The notes: generated from the letters alone by a model not told the origin. Positions 1 to 10,061 are shown, numbered from the stretch's first letter. The stretch is 64,000 bases of DNA from Gammaproteobacteria bacterium (GCA_026195895.1 JAPHRO010000042.1:19086-83085), one strand, 5' to 3'. Program-made: numbers and translations.

Positions 1-143
1 GCAACACCATAAGTTATCAGCGCACGTTTTAAACCCTGCTCGGTATAACGTTCACCGATTTCATCCACATACCCCGTGTGCATTAAAACGACTAAGGTCA
101 TCACTAATACGGTGATTAAACTGTTGAGATAAATTCGTTTCAT
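1..143 (-). CDS. 5' end of a hypothetical membrane/secreted protein; partial, continues beyond the window start
   Basis: Reverse complement of 1..143 reads ATG (141..143) MKRIYLNSLITVLVMTLVVLMHTGYVDEIGERYTEQGLKRALITYGV. It has a hydrophobic N-terminal segment and is open to the window edge. No family recognised. Confidence 0.3.
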   Translation of the reverse strand, partial: MKRIYLNSLITVLVMTLVVLMHTGYVDEIGERYTEQGLKRALITYGV

Positions 144-163
144 AAGCCCTGGTAAAATATACC

Positions 164-1363
164 CTAATAAAATGCCGCAAGGTCTATTTGATAGACCTGG
201 GGTGAGACCGCCTGCTTGATAAAATCAGCGGTTTTAGTTAAATCGACTTCCTTAATTTTCACATAGTCTCTTTTACGGATACTATAAATAATCCGTACCG
301 TGGGTTTTAACAGATCAGTTTCGCCCTGCTTCAACACAATACCAACCAGACCCGAATCCAGTTCGACCAATGTCCCCACTGGATATATCCCCAGGCAACG
401 AATAAACTGTTTCACCTGGGCAGGATTAAAATGGCTGCTACTCCATTCCAGTAATTTTTTTAGCGCCACACTGGGTTCCCAGGCGCTTTTATATACGCGC
501 ACCGAGGTCAGTGCGTCATACACATCGACAATGGTCGACATCTGCCCGATGGTCGATATTTCATCACCTTTCAAACCCAGTGGATAGCCGCTGCCGTCAA
601 TACGTTCATGATGCTGCACCGCTACATCCAGTGCAGCCTGAGTAATACCTGATTTACCCTCAAGCATTTCTCGGCTATGTACAACATGGTGGCGCATTAT
701 TTTAAATTCGCCATCATCCAGTTTGCCGGGTTTATTCAGAATTTCATTCGGCGTTTTCATTTTACCAATATCGTGCAACAAACCACCGATGGATACCTGC
801 CGGATGGTATCCATTTCGAAACCCATGGCTCGCGAAAACGTGATCATCAGACCGGCAACGCTAACCGAATGCATAAAGGTATATTCATCTTTGGTCTTGA
901 TGCGACTCAAACTGACAAATGCATCCTTGTTGCGGAAAGCCGACTCGATCATCTGTTCAGAAATCGGTTCTATCTGTTCCACTTCCACCTGCTTGCCCAG
1001 GCGCGCATCTTCCATCAGGCGGTGCATGATGCTACTGGCTTCCTTATAAATACCCCGGGCTTTCTCGATTTCAGATTCCAGCGGCACGTCATTGTCGAGG
1101 CTGTCCAGCTCCTCGGCAATCTGCTCGGTTTGCTGACTAGTTACCTGCTTCACCTCGGGCTGGGTGGCGGCATCCTGAACATCTAATCCCTTGCTGGTAT
1201 CGATATACACATGCTTAAGGCCAGACTTGCGGAGTTTGTTGACGGTATTGTCGGTATTAATGGCAAAATGATTCTGCACGAAATTGTGCTCGAACCAGCT
1301 AGCATCCAGATCGGCGATGTACATACCCACCTGTAATTGATTAACTGAAACTTTCTTCTTCAT
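164..1363 (-). CDS. HD-GYP domain c-di-GMP phosphodiesterase with an N-terminal DUF3391-like domain
   Basis: The translation contains HDIGK, the HHERIDGSGYP (HD-GYP) motif and the N-terminal MKKKVSVNQLQVGMYIADLD typical of DUF3391-HD-GYP proteins. The ORF track extends to 1462, but the MKKK start at 1363 fits the family N-terminus. Confidence 0.8.
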   Translation of the reverse strand: MKKKVSVNQLQVGMYIADLDASWFEHNFVQNHFAINTDNTVNKLRKSGLKHVYIDTSKGLDVQDAATQPEVKQVTSQQTEQIAEELDSLDNDVPLESEIEKARGIYKEASSIMHRLMEDARLGKQVEVEQIEPISEQMIESAFRNKDAFVSLSRIKTKDEYTFMHSVSVAGLMITFSRAMGFEMDTIRQVSIGGLLHDIGKMKTPNEILNKPGKLDDGEFKIMRHHVVHSREMLEGKSGITQAALDVAVQHHERIDGSGYPLGLKGDEISTIGQMSTIVDVYDALTSVRVYKSAWEPSVALKKLLEWSSSHFNPAQVKQFIRCLGIYPVGTLVELDSGLVGIVLKQGETDLLKPTVRIIYSIRKRDYVKIKEVDLTKTADFIKQAVSPQVYQIDLAAFY

Positions 1364-1482
1364 ATTACGGGGAGAGCTTCTAAGTCCTGTTGACACATTC
1401 CTCTGTAAGATATAGCTGGAATCAGCCGCAATATCAATCAAAATACTTCGAGCAGGCCGCAACTCAAACTAAAGTAGTAGGC

Positions 1483-2100
1483 CTAGCCAGGGCACTGATT
1501 TAATACTTCATAGGCCTGGCGAATATCAATAAAAGCCAGCGGATCCCCACCGCGGTCCGGATGATGCTGCGCCGCCAGTCGACGATAACAGTCCCGAATT
1601 TCAGCGGCCGACACATCCCCGGCCAGCCCCAGGGTATCCAGCGCTGCCTGCTTCTTATCCAGCGAATAGTAGCGGGTCCAGAACTGCGCCAGCATATCTG
1701 CCAGCTCCTGTTCGGATGTCTGACTCAGATTATCCCAGTCCAGGTAATAGGCCTGTAATTTCAACTCCCCTTCATTCAGCAAGGCCTGTCCGCAAGCCTC
1801 CACCGACCGAGGCTTCAGGCGGATCTCCAGTGCGCCGATCAACAGATGATACCCGTCATCAAACACATCCCGCTGGATCTGGTACAGGGCATTCATCACC
1901 ATAAAATGCCGCCGGAACAAACCCAGCTCCGACGCCCGTGCATCAGGCAGCTCAACACCATCCGCCTCCAGCAACTGCATCAACTGATACTCGCTGATCG
2001 CCTCGTTCTGAATTTTTAAAATAGCCAGCACCGCGGCTTTGATGGGATTCAATGAAATAACCTGCTCAGGAAAAACATATACAGAGTATAGCGCCCACAT
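1483..2100 (-). CDS. J-domain (DnaJ-like) protein
   Basis: The C-terminal segment YRRLAAQHHPDRGGD...IRQAYEVL is a J-domain with the HPD tripeptide. The N-terminal region has no recognised domain. Confidence 0.65.
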   Translation of the reverse strand: MWALYSVYVFPEQVISLNPIKAAVLAILKIQNEAISEYQLMQLLEADGVELPDARASELGLFRRHFMVMNALYQIQRDVFDDGYHLLIGALEIRLKPRSVEACGQALLNEGELKLQAYYLDWDNLSQTSEQELADMLAQFWTRYYSLDKKQAALDTLGLAGDVSAAEIRDCYRRLAAQHHPDRGGDPLAFIDIRQAYEVLNQCPG

Positions 2101-2197
2101 TAATCTTTAGCAGGCTCATCTCATTTGATATCTAGATAAAACAGCGTTATGTTATTCCATGAAATATCAATAACAGGGAAATACTTTCTTATAACAG

Positions 2198-2593
2198 ATG
2201 CCATGTAATTGTAGAGAAGCGCCAATGCCAATATCATTAAATTATAATAGCGATGAAAATGTTATTTATACAAAAGCCGAGGGAGTGGTTAAGCTTAATG
2301 ATGTTCTTTCATACTTCTCTTCTGTTGCCGCCTTAAACTTACAAAAATCATATCGTGTACTGGCTGATTACTCTGATGTTATTCTCAAGTTAAGTAGCGA
2401 AGACATACATACAATGTCAATTCAAAGAAACATTGATTCAAGTAAAGTTGAATCAGTTAAAATTGCTGTTTATTGTTCTGAAGATTTAACGTTTGGATTA
2501 GGCAGAATATATGAGGCTCTCATTGATTACAATAAATATAATGTCATGATTTTTCGTAGTGAAAAAAAAGCTCGAGAGTGGCTAGGCATTTAA
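2198..2593 (+). CDS. hypothetical small protein, possibly an STAS/SpoIIAA-like fold
   Basis: 131-aa ORF with no recognisable motif. It ends ...KKAREWLGI, reminiscent of anti-sigma-antagonist-like folds. An alternative start is the ATG at 2225 (MPISLNY). Confidence 0.35.
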   Translation: MPCNCREAPMPISLNYNSDENVIYTKAEGVVKLNDVLSYFSSVAALNLQKSYRVLADYSDVILKLSSEDIHTMSIQRNIDSSKVESVKIAVYCSEDLTFGLGRIYEALIDYNKYNVMIFRSEKKAREWLGI

Positions 2594-2800
2594 AACAATA
2601 TTTGAGGCTCAGAGAGAAAACTATTTCATATAGCCAGGTTATTTACAGGTAAACAGAAAGGTTTTTAACCAGCCCTTTTAATACCTGCCCTGTTTTTCCC
2701 GAAAAATAAAAAACACTTACAATCTCTGCGGCATCCTCACAGAATTCACTTTAAAATCAAAAAACACAAATAAATGAACGCTAATGTTTGTTGATATTGG

Positions 2801-2909
2801 AGGAGATGGCTTTAGCTAACGACATGGCTACACAATAGGACAGGCACCAGGTTAATATCACTGCTCGCTATGCATCGCGTCTAGAGATCGGCGGCTAAAG
2901 CCATCTCCT
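2801..2909. repeat. 16-bp perfect inverted repeat (aggagatggctttagc ... gctaaagccatctcct) separated by 77 nt, between convergent genes
   Basis: Read directly from the sequence: 2801..2816 is the exact reverse complement of 2894..2909. Each arm carries GGAG + ATG + GCT TTA GC. This may be a long stem-loop terminator, an sRNA or a MITE-like element. Confidence 0.5.
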
Positions 2910-3019
2910 ACAAAAATTAACTCAGCCCCCCTTTGAACTTAAACACCACCGTTATTGCCTTTACATAATGAGATAAAAATATTCCCAGCCATTAATAATT
3001 ACTCCCGTCAAACCTGAGC

Positions 3020-4837
3020 TCAATGCACATCCGGCACCACACCAACCTGCGGCATTTCCGCCAGACCAGATTCACGCGCATGCTCTTCAAAACCCTTGTT
3101 CTTCCAGAAAAATGCGCCAGGCATGGTTGTTGATACTACCAGCACATAAAATAATGCCCTGCTAACAATAGCCGATACCAATACACTGATTGCTATCAGG
3201 CCCCAGATTGTCAATGCCAGCGCACTTTCGGATGACATTAAGCCGAGTAACAGCAAAGCAATGATATTAACGGCCAGTAGCACATTGCGGGTAAAATAGG
3301 TTTTCCCAAACGTTGTGATTTGCTCATAATAAGATACCGAACCTTCACGACCACTGCGGTTTAGATCCCGCGCATGAAAAACGTGACCGATAGCCTCGAT
3401 GACCAGGCCAGTCAACATCACTGTCGCTACCATGTTCAGCAAGGCAATAACCGGCATGTCCATGGACATAAATACCGGTACAAATATCAGCCCCACCAGC
3501 AATCCCCCCATGGTCAGCATGTTGCCGTAAAAAGCGGTCAACACTTGCCAGTGATCCCAGTAGGGGCGCGCTTTGATGCGATAGATTTTATGCATAAAAT
3601 ACAATGCAATCGGACCGGAAATGAGCGCCGCGTAACCAAATATTTCTGCGGCGATTTTCAGTATTTCGACATCGAACATTGAAAATAGAAAATGGCCACC
3701 CAGGCTGTTAATAAACACGGCAATACCCGCCACTTCCCGGCTCACCGGTGAATACCTTAAATTATTAAAGGCTCGATAAAAACGGTGCGGCTTACCCAGG
3801 TGCATGGTTGACAGGAATAAAGCCACCGCTTCAATGCCAAGCATTATGAACAACATGGGCATATAGGCGCCGGAGTTCACCGCCTGTTGCATGGGTAACA
3901 GTCCTGCTTTAGCGCCCAGAAACATTAATAGAAAGGCACCGACCACCGCCTGTGAAACCAGCGTAAACACTACCAGGGGATCTTCACGGGAACGTAATTT
4001 TCGCAAATTCCATTGGCGCGTCAGTCGTTTTTTCCTGTCGACGACCGGTTTAAAAATACCCTTGTTATTATCCTGATGATATTTCACCGCCATGCTATCC
4101 GTGCGTGTCATTTCTTTCGGCAAGGTTTTAGTTTGCTGAAAACGAATATTGGGATTGGTAATATCCGTGGTCGGAAAACCGGGGATTTCAGTTTTCACCT
4201 GTTCGCGATTTTCCGGCGTGTTTTCAATCACACCAAAATTCAGCGCATTACCCAGGCATGCAGAAACACAGGCCGGTTTCAATCCTACTTCAAGACGATC
4301 AACACACATATTACATTTACTGACCTGCCCTTTAACCGGGTCGAGTTGCGGTGCGTTGTAGGGACAGACCCAGGTGCAATAACCACAGCCAAAGCAGATA
4401 TCAGGATCCTGCAACACGGCACCGTATTCAGCAAATTTGGTATAGGCGCGTGTCGGACATCCCTTTAAACAAACCGGATTATCACAGTGGTTACAGGCCA
4501 TGGAAATATTCAGTCGTTTAAATGCCGGATACGTTCCGCCTTCCACATAACCCACGGAACGAAATGCAATATGCGCTGGATTATCATTCTTCTCACTACA
4601 GGCCGCTTCACAGGCATGACAGCCAATACAGTTATCCGCGGTAAAATGAAAGCCGTGCTGCTTGTAACGATTGGGATTGTCACCTATACTCGCGTCGCCA
4701 TTAATATTCAGGCTCTTACCTTTTAATGGATTATTTTCATCAACCAGTTGAATGTCTTTTCCGTAGCGATTTTGTTGCTGGTTGGTTTTATCATTAAGAA
4801 ATGCATATTCTCGTTCACCGTTTCTTATTTCAAACAT
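3020..4837 (-). CDS. fused 4x[4Fe-4S] ferredoxin subunit (DmsB/PsrB/NrfC-like) plus polytopic membrane anchor (DmsC/NrfD-like), encoded immediately after nasA
   Basis: The N-terminal half has four Cys clusters (CIGCHACEAAC; CNHCDNPVCLKGCP; CFGCGYCTWVCP; CNMCVDRL...CVSAC). The C-terminal half (about 330 aa) is multi-pass hydrophobic, with HLGKPHRFYRAF typical of DMSO-reductase-type anchor subunits. Its start lies 2 nt after the nasA stop. Confidence 0.7.
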   Translation of the reverse strand: MFEIRNGEREYAFLNDKTNQQQNRYGKDIQLVDENNPLKGKSLNINGDASIGDNPNRYKQHGFHFTADNCIGCHACEAACSEKNDNPAHIAFRSVGYVEGGTYPAFKRLNISMACNHCDNPVCLKGCPTRAYTKFAEYGAVLQDPDICFGCGYCTWVCPYNAPQLDPVKGQVSKCNMCVDRLEVGLKPACVSACLGNALNFGVIENTPENREQVKTEIPGFPTTDITNPNIRFQQTKTLPKEMTRTDSMAVKYHQDNNKGIFKPVVDRKKRLTRQWNLRKLRSREDPLVVFTLVSQAVVGAFLLMFLGAKAGLLPMQQAVNSGAYMPMLFIMLGIEAVALFLSTMHLGKPHRFYRAFNNLRYSPVSREVAGIAVFINSLGGHFLFSMFDVEILKIAAEIFGYAALISGPIALYFMHKIYRIKARPYWDHWQVLTAFYGNMLTMGGLLVGLIFVPVFMSMDMPVIALLNMVATVMLTGLVIEAIGHVFHARDLNRSGREGSVSYYEQITTFGKTYFTRNVLLAVNIIALLLLGLMSSESALALTIWGLIAISVLVSAIVSRALFYVLVVSTTMPGAFFWKNKGFEEHARESGLAEMPQVGVVPDVH

Positions 4838-4839
4838 GT

Positions 4840-7023
4840 TTAAAACGCCCTCGCTTCTACATTTCTTTGTGCGGCTTCTTTCTGATCGATTTTTTCGATG
4901 CGGACTGCGTTCTGTTTAAATGCGGGCTGCCTGGAATAAGGATCCAGCAGGCCCAGGGTTAACCGATTGGCGCAGTCATGAAAATGAAAAGGTATAAACA
5001 CCATGTTGTATGGGATACGCTGGGTTAACTGCACCATGACCACCGCGTCCGATCGTCTGGACACCACGCGCACATAACTCATGTGCTCTATACCCTGGTC
5101 ATCTGCCGCATCCGGATTCATTTCCATATACGGTGTTGGGCTGTACTTGTTACAGTTGCCCATTTTTCCGGTACGGGTGCGGGTATGAAAATGTTCGACG
5201 ACACGCCCGGTATTTAACCAGAAAGGAAATTCATTGTCGGGACGTTCGTTGTTATCAGCAAACAGCAATGGAATCAGTTTGGCCTTGCCGTCGGCATAGG
5301 GAAATTTACCATCTACGTATAAACGTTGCGCGCCCTGCTCTTCGCCTTCTCTGCATGGCCATTGCAGGCCGCCATTTTTTTCAATTTTTTCATAACTCAT
5401 ACCGGAGATATCAAGATTACGCTCTTTGCCTTTTGACAACTGTTTCATTTCTTCAAAAACTTCTTCCGAGGTTTCCGGAAAATTCATTTGCTGGTAATGA
5501 TTGAAACGTTTAGCTAACTGGTTAAAAATCCACAGGTCAGGTTTTGAATTAGCATAGGGCGGCTGGACATTGGTAATACGATTAACGCGGCGTTCGGTAT
5601 TGGTGAAACAGCCATTCTTCTCTGCCCAGATGGATGCCGGTAAATACATATTGGCGTAGTGCACGCTCTCCACATCACTGTAGGCATCCTGCACGACAAA
5701 GAACTCGAGTTTTTCCAGTGTTTTACGAATCCGCTCGGTATTGGGTAATGAACTCATGGGATTCGAGGCGACCAGCCACAGCGCCTTGATCTGTCCGGTT
5801 TCAATAGCAGGAAAAATATCGGTCTGAAACAGGCCGCGCTTTTTGGGGAAAAATTCTTTATCGATACCCCAGAACTCGGCAATTTCTGCGCGGTCTTCCG
5901 GATTTTCCAGATAACGATAACCGGGCAGGCCCGAACAGGAAGACCACTCTCGGGTACCCATGGCATTACACTGGCCAGTGATGGATAAACTGGTACCACC
6001 GGGCTTACCAATATTGCCGGTGATTAAATTCAGATTATTCACACCGACCACACCGTCGGAACCGTGGGTACTTTGATTAATGCCCATGGTCCAGATCGAC
6101 ATCGCCGCACCGGCTTTGGCATAAAGGCGGGCGACATTACGAATCGTATCCTCGTCGATGCCACATATTTTTGCAGCAGTGATCGGATCATAGTCAGCAA
6201 CTAAAGCTTTAAACTCTTCATAGCCATTGGTATGTGCATTGATGTATTCAGCATCTTCCAGGCCTTCATCTAAAATCACATGCGCCAGCGAATTCAATAA
6301 CACTACATCGGTACCCGGCGTAATGGGTAAATGCATGTCGGCGAACTGAGCCAGCATGGTGACGCGAGGATCCACCACGATGAGTGGAAACTTGCGTTTT
6401 TCCATCGCCTCTTTAAGCCGCCAGTAAATAATCGGATGCTGCTCGGGGAGATTGGAGCCAAAGGCTATTAAACAATCCGTGTGTTCAAAATCTTCATAAC
6501 AACCGGGCGGGCCATCAGCACCGAATGAACGCTTGTAACCCGACACCGCTGATGCCATACACAGCGTGGTATTGCCATCGTAGTTATTAGTACCGATGGC
6601 GCCCCGGGTGAGTTTACCCAGGGTATAAAATTCTTCTGTTAAAATTTGTCCGGTTGAAATAACCGCAACTGAATCACGGCCGTATTTTTCCTGAATGGCT
6701 TTGAATTTTTCAGCCATGGTATCGAAGGCATCATCCCAGCTGATTTCCCTGAAATCCTCGATGTATTTATCGCGGTAGAGTGGCGTTTCGCCCCGCCCTG
6801 CCGTATCAAACAATTCGTGTTCAAAAATTCCTTTCACACAAAGTTTGCCACGATTCACATCGGCACTGGCAACACCGCGGCTCGATACCGCTTTACCCTG
6901 TTTATTAATACCCACTTCGATTGAGCAACCGGTTGAGCAATAACCACAGGTGGTGTATTTCCAGTCAACAATTTCCTTGTCGGCGATCTTGATGGGATTT
7001 TTTTTCTTGCGACCAAACAGCAT
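4840..7023 (-). CDS. nasA: molybdopterin (bis-MGD) nitrate reductase catalytic subunit, assimilatory NasA/NarB type, cytoplasmic (no Tat signal)
   Basis: N-terminal CGYCSTGCSIEV...VNRGKLCVKG is the 4Fe-4S ligation motif of Nap/Nas/Fdh-family Mo enzymes. The 727-aa protein has no NifU/2Fe-2S extension and no RR leader. It lies in an operon with nirBD. Confidence 0.75.
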   Translation of the reverse strand: MLFGRKKKNPIKIADKEIVDWKYTTCGYCSTGCSIEVGINKQGKAVSSRGVASADVNRGKLCVKGIFEHELFDTAGRGETPLYRDKYIEDFREISWDDAFDTMAEKFKAIQEKYGRDSVAVISTGQILTEEFYTLGKLTRGAIGTNNYDGNTTLCMASAVSGYKRSFGADGPPGCYEDFEHTDCLIAFGSNLPEQHPIIYWRLKEAMEKRKFPLIVVDPRVTMLAQFADMHLPITPGTDVVLLNSLAHVILDEGLEDAEYINAHTNGYEEFKALVADYDPITAAKICGIDEDTIRNVARLYAKAGAAMSIWTMGINQSTHGSDGVVGVNNLNLITGNIGKPGGTSLSITGQCNAMGTREWSSCSGLPGYRYLENPEDRAEIAEFWGIDKEFFPKKRGLFQTDIFPAIETGQIKALWLVASNPMSSLPNTERIRKTLEKLEFFVVQDAYSDVESVHYANMYLPASIWAEKNGCFTNTERRVNRITNVQPPYANSKPDLWIFNQLAKRFNHYQQMNFPETSEEVFEEMKQLSKGKERNLDISGMSYEKIEKNGGLQWPCREGEEQGAQRLYVDGKFPYADGKAKLIPLLFADNNERPDNEFPFWLNTGRVVEHFHTRTRTGKMGNCNKYSPTPYMEMNPDAADDQGIEHMSYVRVVSRRSDAVVMVQLTQRIPYNMVFIPFHFHDCANRLTLGLLDPYSRQPAFKQNAVRIEKIDQKEAAQRNVEARAF

Positions 7024-7063
7024 TTAGGGGGAACTCCACTATGTCTTCGTTGTTATTATTTTT

Positions 7064-7375
7064 CTATTTCAATTCCAGAAAAACTTTTCCATCTTCTACT
7101 CTGGTTTTATAGTGGCCGGTACAGCCTTCATCTGGCCCCATGGCTTCACCGGTGGTTAAATCAATTTTCCAGTTGTGCAATGGACAGGTTACTGATTTGT
7201 CGTGAACTATGCCCTGTGACAACTGACCCTGACGATGGGGACAGGCATCATTCACCGCGAACACTTCGTTTTTGGTATTTCTAAATACCGCGATATCGGT
7301 ATCGCCATTCTTAACCACACGCGCACCCAATGGTGGAATTTCTTCCAGGCTACCGACTTCTACCCAGTTTGACAT
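7064..7375 (-). CDS. nirD: nitrite reductase [NAD(P)H] small subunit (Rieske-like)
   Basis: 103-aa protein with CPHRQGQL...CPLHNWKIDL Rieske-type motifs, directly downstream of nirB. Confidence 0.85.
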   Translation of the reverse strand: MSNWVEVGSLEEIPPLGARVVKNGDTDIAVFRNTKNEVFAVNDACPHRQGQLSQGIVHDKSVTCPLHNWKIDLTTGEAMGPDEGCTGHYKTRVEDGKVFLELK

Positions 7376-7450
7376 GTTGTATAACCTCTAATAATTCTTT
7401 CTTGGCAGGTACAGTAAACGCTGCACCTGTGTTTACTAAAATCTGAGCGC

Positions 7451-9889
7451 TTAACCAGCGACGACTTTTAATGGCACGAATTCGTGCGCATCGACACCAC
7501 CAGTTGCACGCTGCGCCCATGGATCATGCTGGGATTGAGTCACTTCCTGAGATTCGTAGAAACGTACTGCCAGTTCTTTACGTTGTGCATCATCTTCCAG
7601 ACTGCTCTGAACATAGGAAAAACCAACGCGTTCAATCCACGGTGCAGTACGTTCCAGATAGCGCGCCTGTTCGCGATATAACTGAATAAAAGCTGCCGAG
7701 TACTCAAGTACTTCCTCTTCGGTATCGACGCGTTTTAATAAATCAGTGGCGCGAACTTTTATGCCGCCGTTACCACCAATATGTAATTCGTAACCGGAAT
7801 CGACGCAGACCACACCGAAATCTTTAATGGTGGCTTCGGCACAGTTGCGCGGACATCCGGAAGCGGCCATCTTGAATTTATGCGGCATCCATGACCCCCA
7901 GGACATCTGCTCCAGCCTGATACCTAAACCGGTTGAATCCTGAGTACCAAATCGACACCATGCTTTACCGACACAGGTTTTAACAGTCCGTAATGCTTTG
8001 CCGTAGGCATGGCCAGACACCAGACCCTGTGCATTCAAATCTTTCCAGATTAATGGCAACTCATGTTTTTTAACCCCGTATAAACCAATGCGTTGTCCAC
8101 CGGTAACATGTACCGTATCCAGCTCAAATTTTTCAGCTACATCAGCAATGGCACGTAATTCTTTGGGTGTGGTCATGCCCCCCCACATACGTGGAATAAC
8201 GGAATAGGTACCGTCTTTCTGAATATTGGCGTGAGCACGTTCGTTGATAAAACGTGACTGCGGATCATCGTAGGCTTCTTTGGGCCAGCTGCTGATCAGA
8301 TAGTAATTCAACGACGTGCGACAGGCGGCACAGCCGTCTTCGGTTTTCCAGTTCAGTTTTTCGAATACATCAGTAATTCTGGTGAGCTTCTGATCTTTAA
8401 TGGCTTGGCGAACATAGTCATGATTATGCTCGGTACAGGCACACATAGGTTTCGCTACCGGTGATTCATAATCACTACCTAAAGTGCTTTCCAGAATCTG
8501 TTCGACCAGACCGGTACAGGAGCCACAGGAAGACGAGGCTTTGGTATGGGCGCGTACTTCATCCAGCGTGAACAAACCGTGCGTGGTAATGGCATTGACC
8601 ACATCGCCTTTGCAGACACCGTTACAGCCACAGATTTCTGTATCGTCAGACATCTCGGCAACCACGTTGCCGCCATGGCCTGAATTACCCAGATGCGCCT
8701 GACCAAACATCAGTTGATCACGAATGTCGGCAATGCTGGTGCCTTCACGCATTAACTGGAAGTACCAGGCACCATCAATGGTGTCACCGTATAAAACGGC
8801 GCCTAAAATTTTATCGTCTTTAACAACTACTTTTTTGTAAATGCCTCGGGTTGCATCACGCACGATGATGTCGTCGGTGGTTTCATCGCCCATGAAATCA
8901 CCCGCGGAAAATAAATCGATGCCGGTGACTTTTAACTTGGTTGAAGTCACTGAACCCTGGTAAATACCGATACCATATTTTGCCAGGTGATTGGCGCAGA
9001 CTTTGGCCATTTCAAATAAAGGTGCAACTAATCCATAACACTGACCGCGGTGCTGTACACATTCACCGATGGCATAAATTTTTGGATCGAAGGTTTGCAG
9101 CGTATCGTTAACAACAATGCCGCGTTCACAATGTAAACCGATCTGTTTGGCCAGCTCGATGTTCGGACGAATACCCACCGCCATCACCACCATATCGGTT
9201 TCGATTTCAGAGCCATCGGCGAACTTAACTTTTTCAACTTTGCCATCACCCAGAATTTCCTGGGTGGAGGCTTTCATCAGGAACTTCATGCCCTGCGCTT
9301 CCAGTGAATTTTTCAACATCTCACCGGATACCTCATCCATCTGGCGTTCCATTAACCAGTCCATCAAATGCACAACAGTAACGTCCATACCCTGTTTAAT
9401 TAAACCATTAGCGGCTTCCAGACCTAACAGTCCGCCACCGATAACCACCGCGCGTTTTCTGGTTCTGGCTGTCGTCAGCATGCTATCAACATTTTTGATA
9501 TCGCGAAAACCAACAACGCCGGGTAACTCATGACCCGGTACAGGAATAATGAAAGAATCAGAACCGGTGGCCAGCAACAGGCGATCATATTCAGCACACG
9601 TGCCATCCTCACCCGTCACCTTACAGGTTTTACGATCAATGGCAGTAACTTTCACGCCTTTATGCAAAGTAATATTATTGTCTGCATACCATTGCAGATC
9701 ATTGAGCATAATTTCATCAATAGTTTTATCACCACAGAGCACTGGAGATAACAGGATTCGGTTATAGTTACCGTAAGGCTCGGCACCGAAAACAGTAATC
9801 TCATATTTTTCAGGCGCGATCTTGAGCAGTTCCTCAACAGTACGCATCCCTGCCATACCATTACCAATAACAACCAGCTTTTCTTTCAT
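7451..9889 (-). CDS. nirB: nitrite reductase [NAD(P)H] large subunit (FAD/NAD, sirohaem, Fe-S)
   Basis: MKEKLVVIGNGMAG Rossmann start and BFD-like Cys motifs. The ORF track extends to a TTG at 9913. The ATG at 9889 with a GGAG 8 nt upstream fits the NirB family N-terminus. Confidence 0.85.
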   Translation of the reverse strand: MKEKLVVIGNGMAGMRTVEELLKIAPEKYEITVFGAEPYGNYNRILLSPVLCGDKTIDEIMLNDLQWYADNNITLHKGVKVTAIDRKTCKVTGEDGTCAEYDRLLLATGSDSFIIPVPGHELPGVVGFRDIKNVDSMLTTARTRKRAVVIGGGLLGLEAANGLIKQGMDVTVVHLMDWLMERQMDEVSGEMLKNSLEAQGMKFLMKASTQEILGDGKVEKVKFADGSEIETDMVVMAVGIRPNIELAKQIGLHCERGIVVNDTLQTFDPKIYAIGECVQHRGQCYGLVAPLFEMAKVCANHLAKYGIGIYQGSVTSTKLKVTGIDLFSAGDFMGDETTDDIIVRDATRGIYKKVVVKDDKILGAVLYGDTIDGAWYFQLMREGTSIADIRDQLMFGQAHLGNSGHGGNVVAEMSDDTEICGCNGVCKGDVVNAITTHGLFTLDEVRAHTKASSSCGSCTGLVEQILESTLGSDYESPVAKPMCACTEHNHDYVRQAIKDQKLTRITDVFEKLNWKTEDGCAACRTSLNYYLISSWPKEAYDDPQSRFINERAHANIQKDGTYSVIPRMWGGMTTPKELRAIADVAEKFELDTVHVTGGQRIGLYGVKKHELPLIWKDLNAQGLVSGHAYGKALRTVKTCVGKAWCRFGTQDSTGLGIRLEQMSWGSWMPHKFKMAASGCPRNCAEATIKDFGVVCVDSGYELHIGGNGGIKVRATDLLKRVDTEEEVLEYSAAFIQLYREQARYLERTAPWIERVGFSYVQSSLEDDAQRKELAVRFYESQEVTQSQHDPWAQRATGGVDAHEFVPLKVVAG

Positions 9890-9935
9890 GCAACAAACTC
9901 CAAAATGGGGCAAATAATTTATTTAGGAGCGTAAT

Positions 9936-9951
9936 CGCAATATGTATGCCA
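9936..9951 (-). promoter_or_regulatory. sigma-54 (-24/-12) promoter for nirB-nirD-nasA operon
   Basis: Reverse complement reads TGGCAT-acata-TTGCG (GG and GC 12 nt apart), about 47 nt upstream of the nirB ATG. Nitrate-assimilation operons are classically NtrC/sigma-54 controlled. Confidence 0.55.
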
Positions 9952-10040
9952 GATGGCAAATAATTATTTAAGTTATTGTTTTAGAAAATTTATATTGTTT
10001 TTTATTTATCTAAAAAAATAATAAGTAGCAGACAAAAACC

Positions 10041-10061
10041 GCACTATGCTGGTGCGCCGCA
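10041..10061. promoter_or_regulatory. GCAC-N7-GTGC-N2-GCAC palindromic element, candidate NtrC-type enhancer site in the nirB/narK divergent region
   Basis: gcactatgctggtgcgccgcac approximates the NtrC half-sites TGCACC/GGTGCA and lies between the two sigma-54 promoters. Confidence 0.3.

Noticed and set aside
677-1186. 169-aa and 108-aa plus-strand ORFs inside the HD-GYP gene, and similar antisense ORFs inside nirB, nasA, relA, fumC, purB and the exosortase gene
   Set aside because: They are fully embedded antisense to genes with strong family signatures. They are typical spurious shadow ORFs.
2806-2838. 10-codon mini-ORF (MALANDMATQ) and its mirror (MALAADL) on the arms of the inverted repeat
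   Set aside because: The SD-to-ATG spacing is only 2 nt and the ORFs are symmetric by-products of the palindrome. They are reported as part of the repeat, not as genes.
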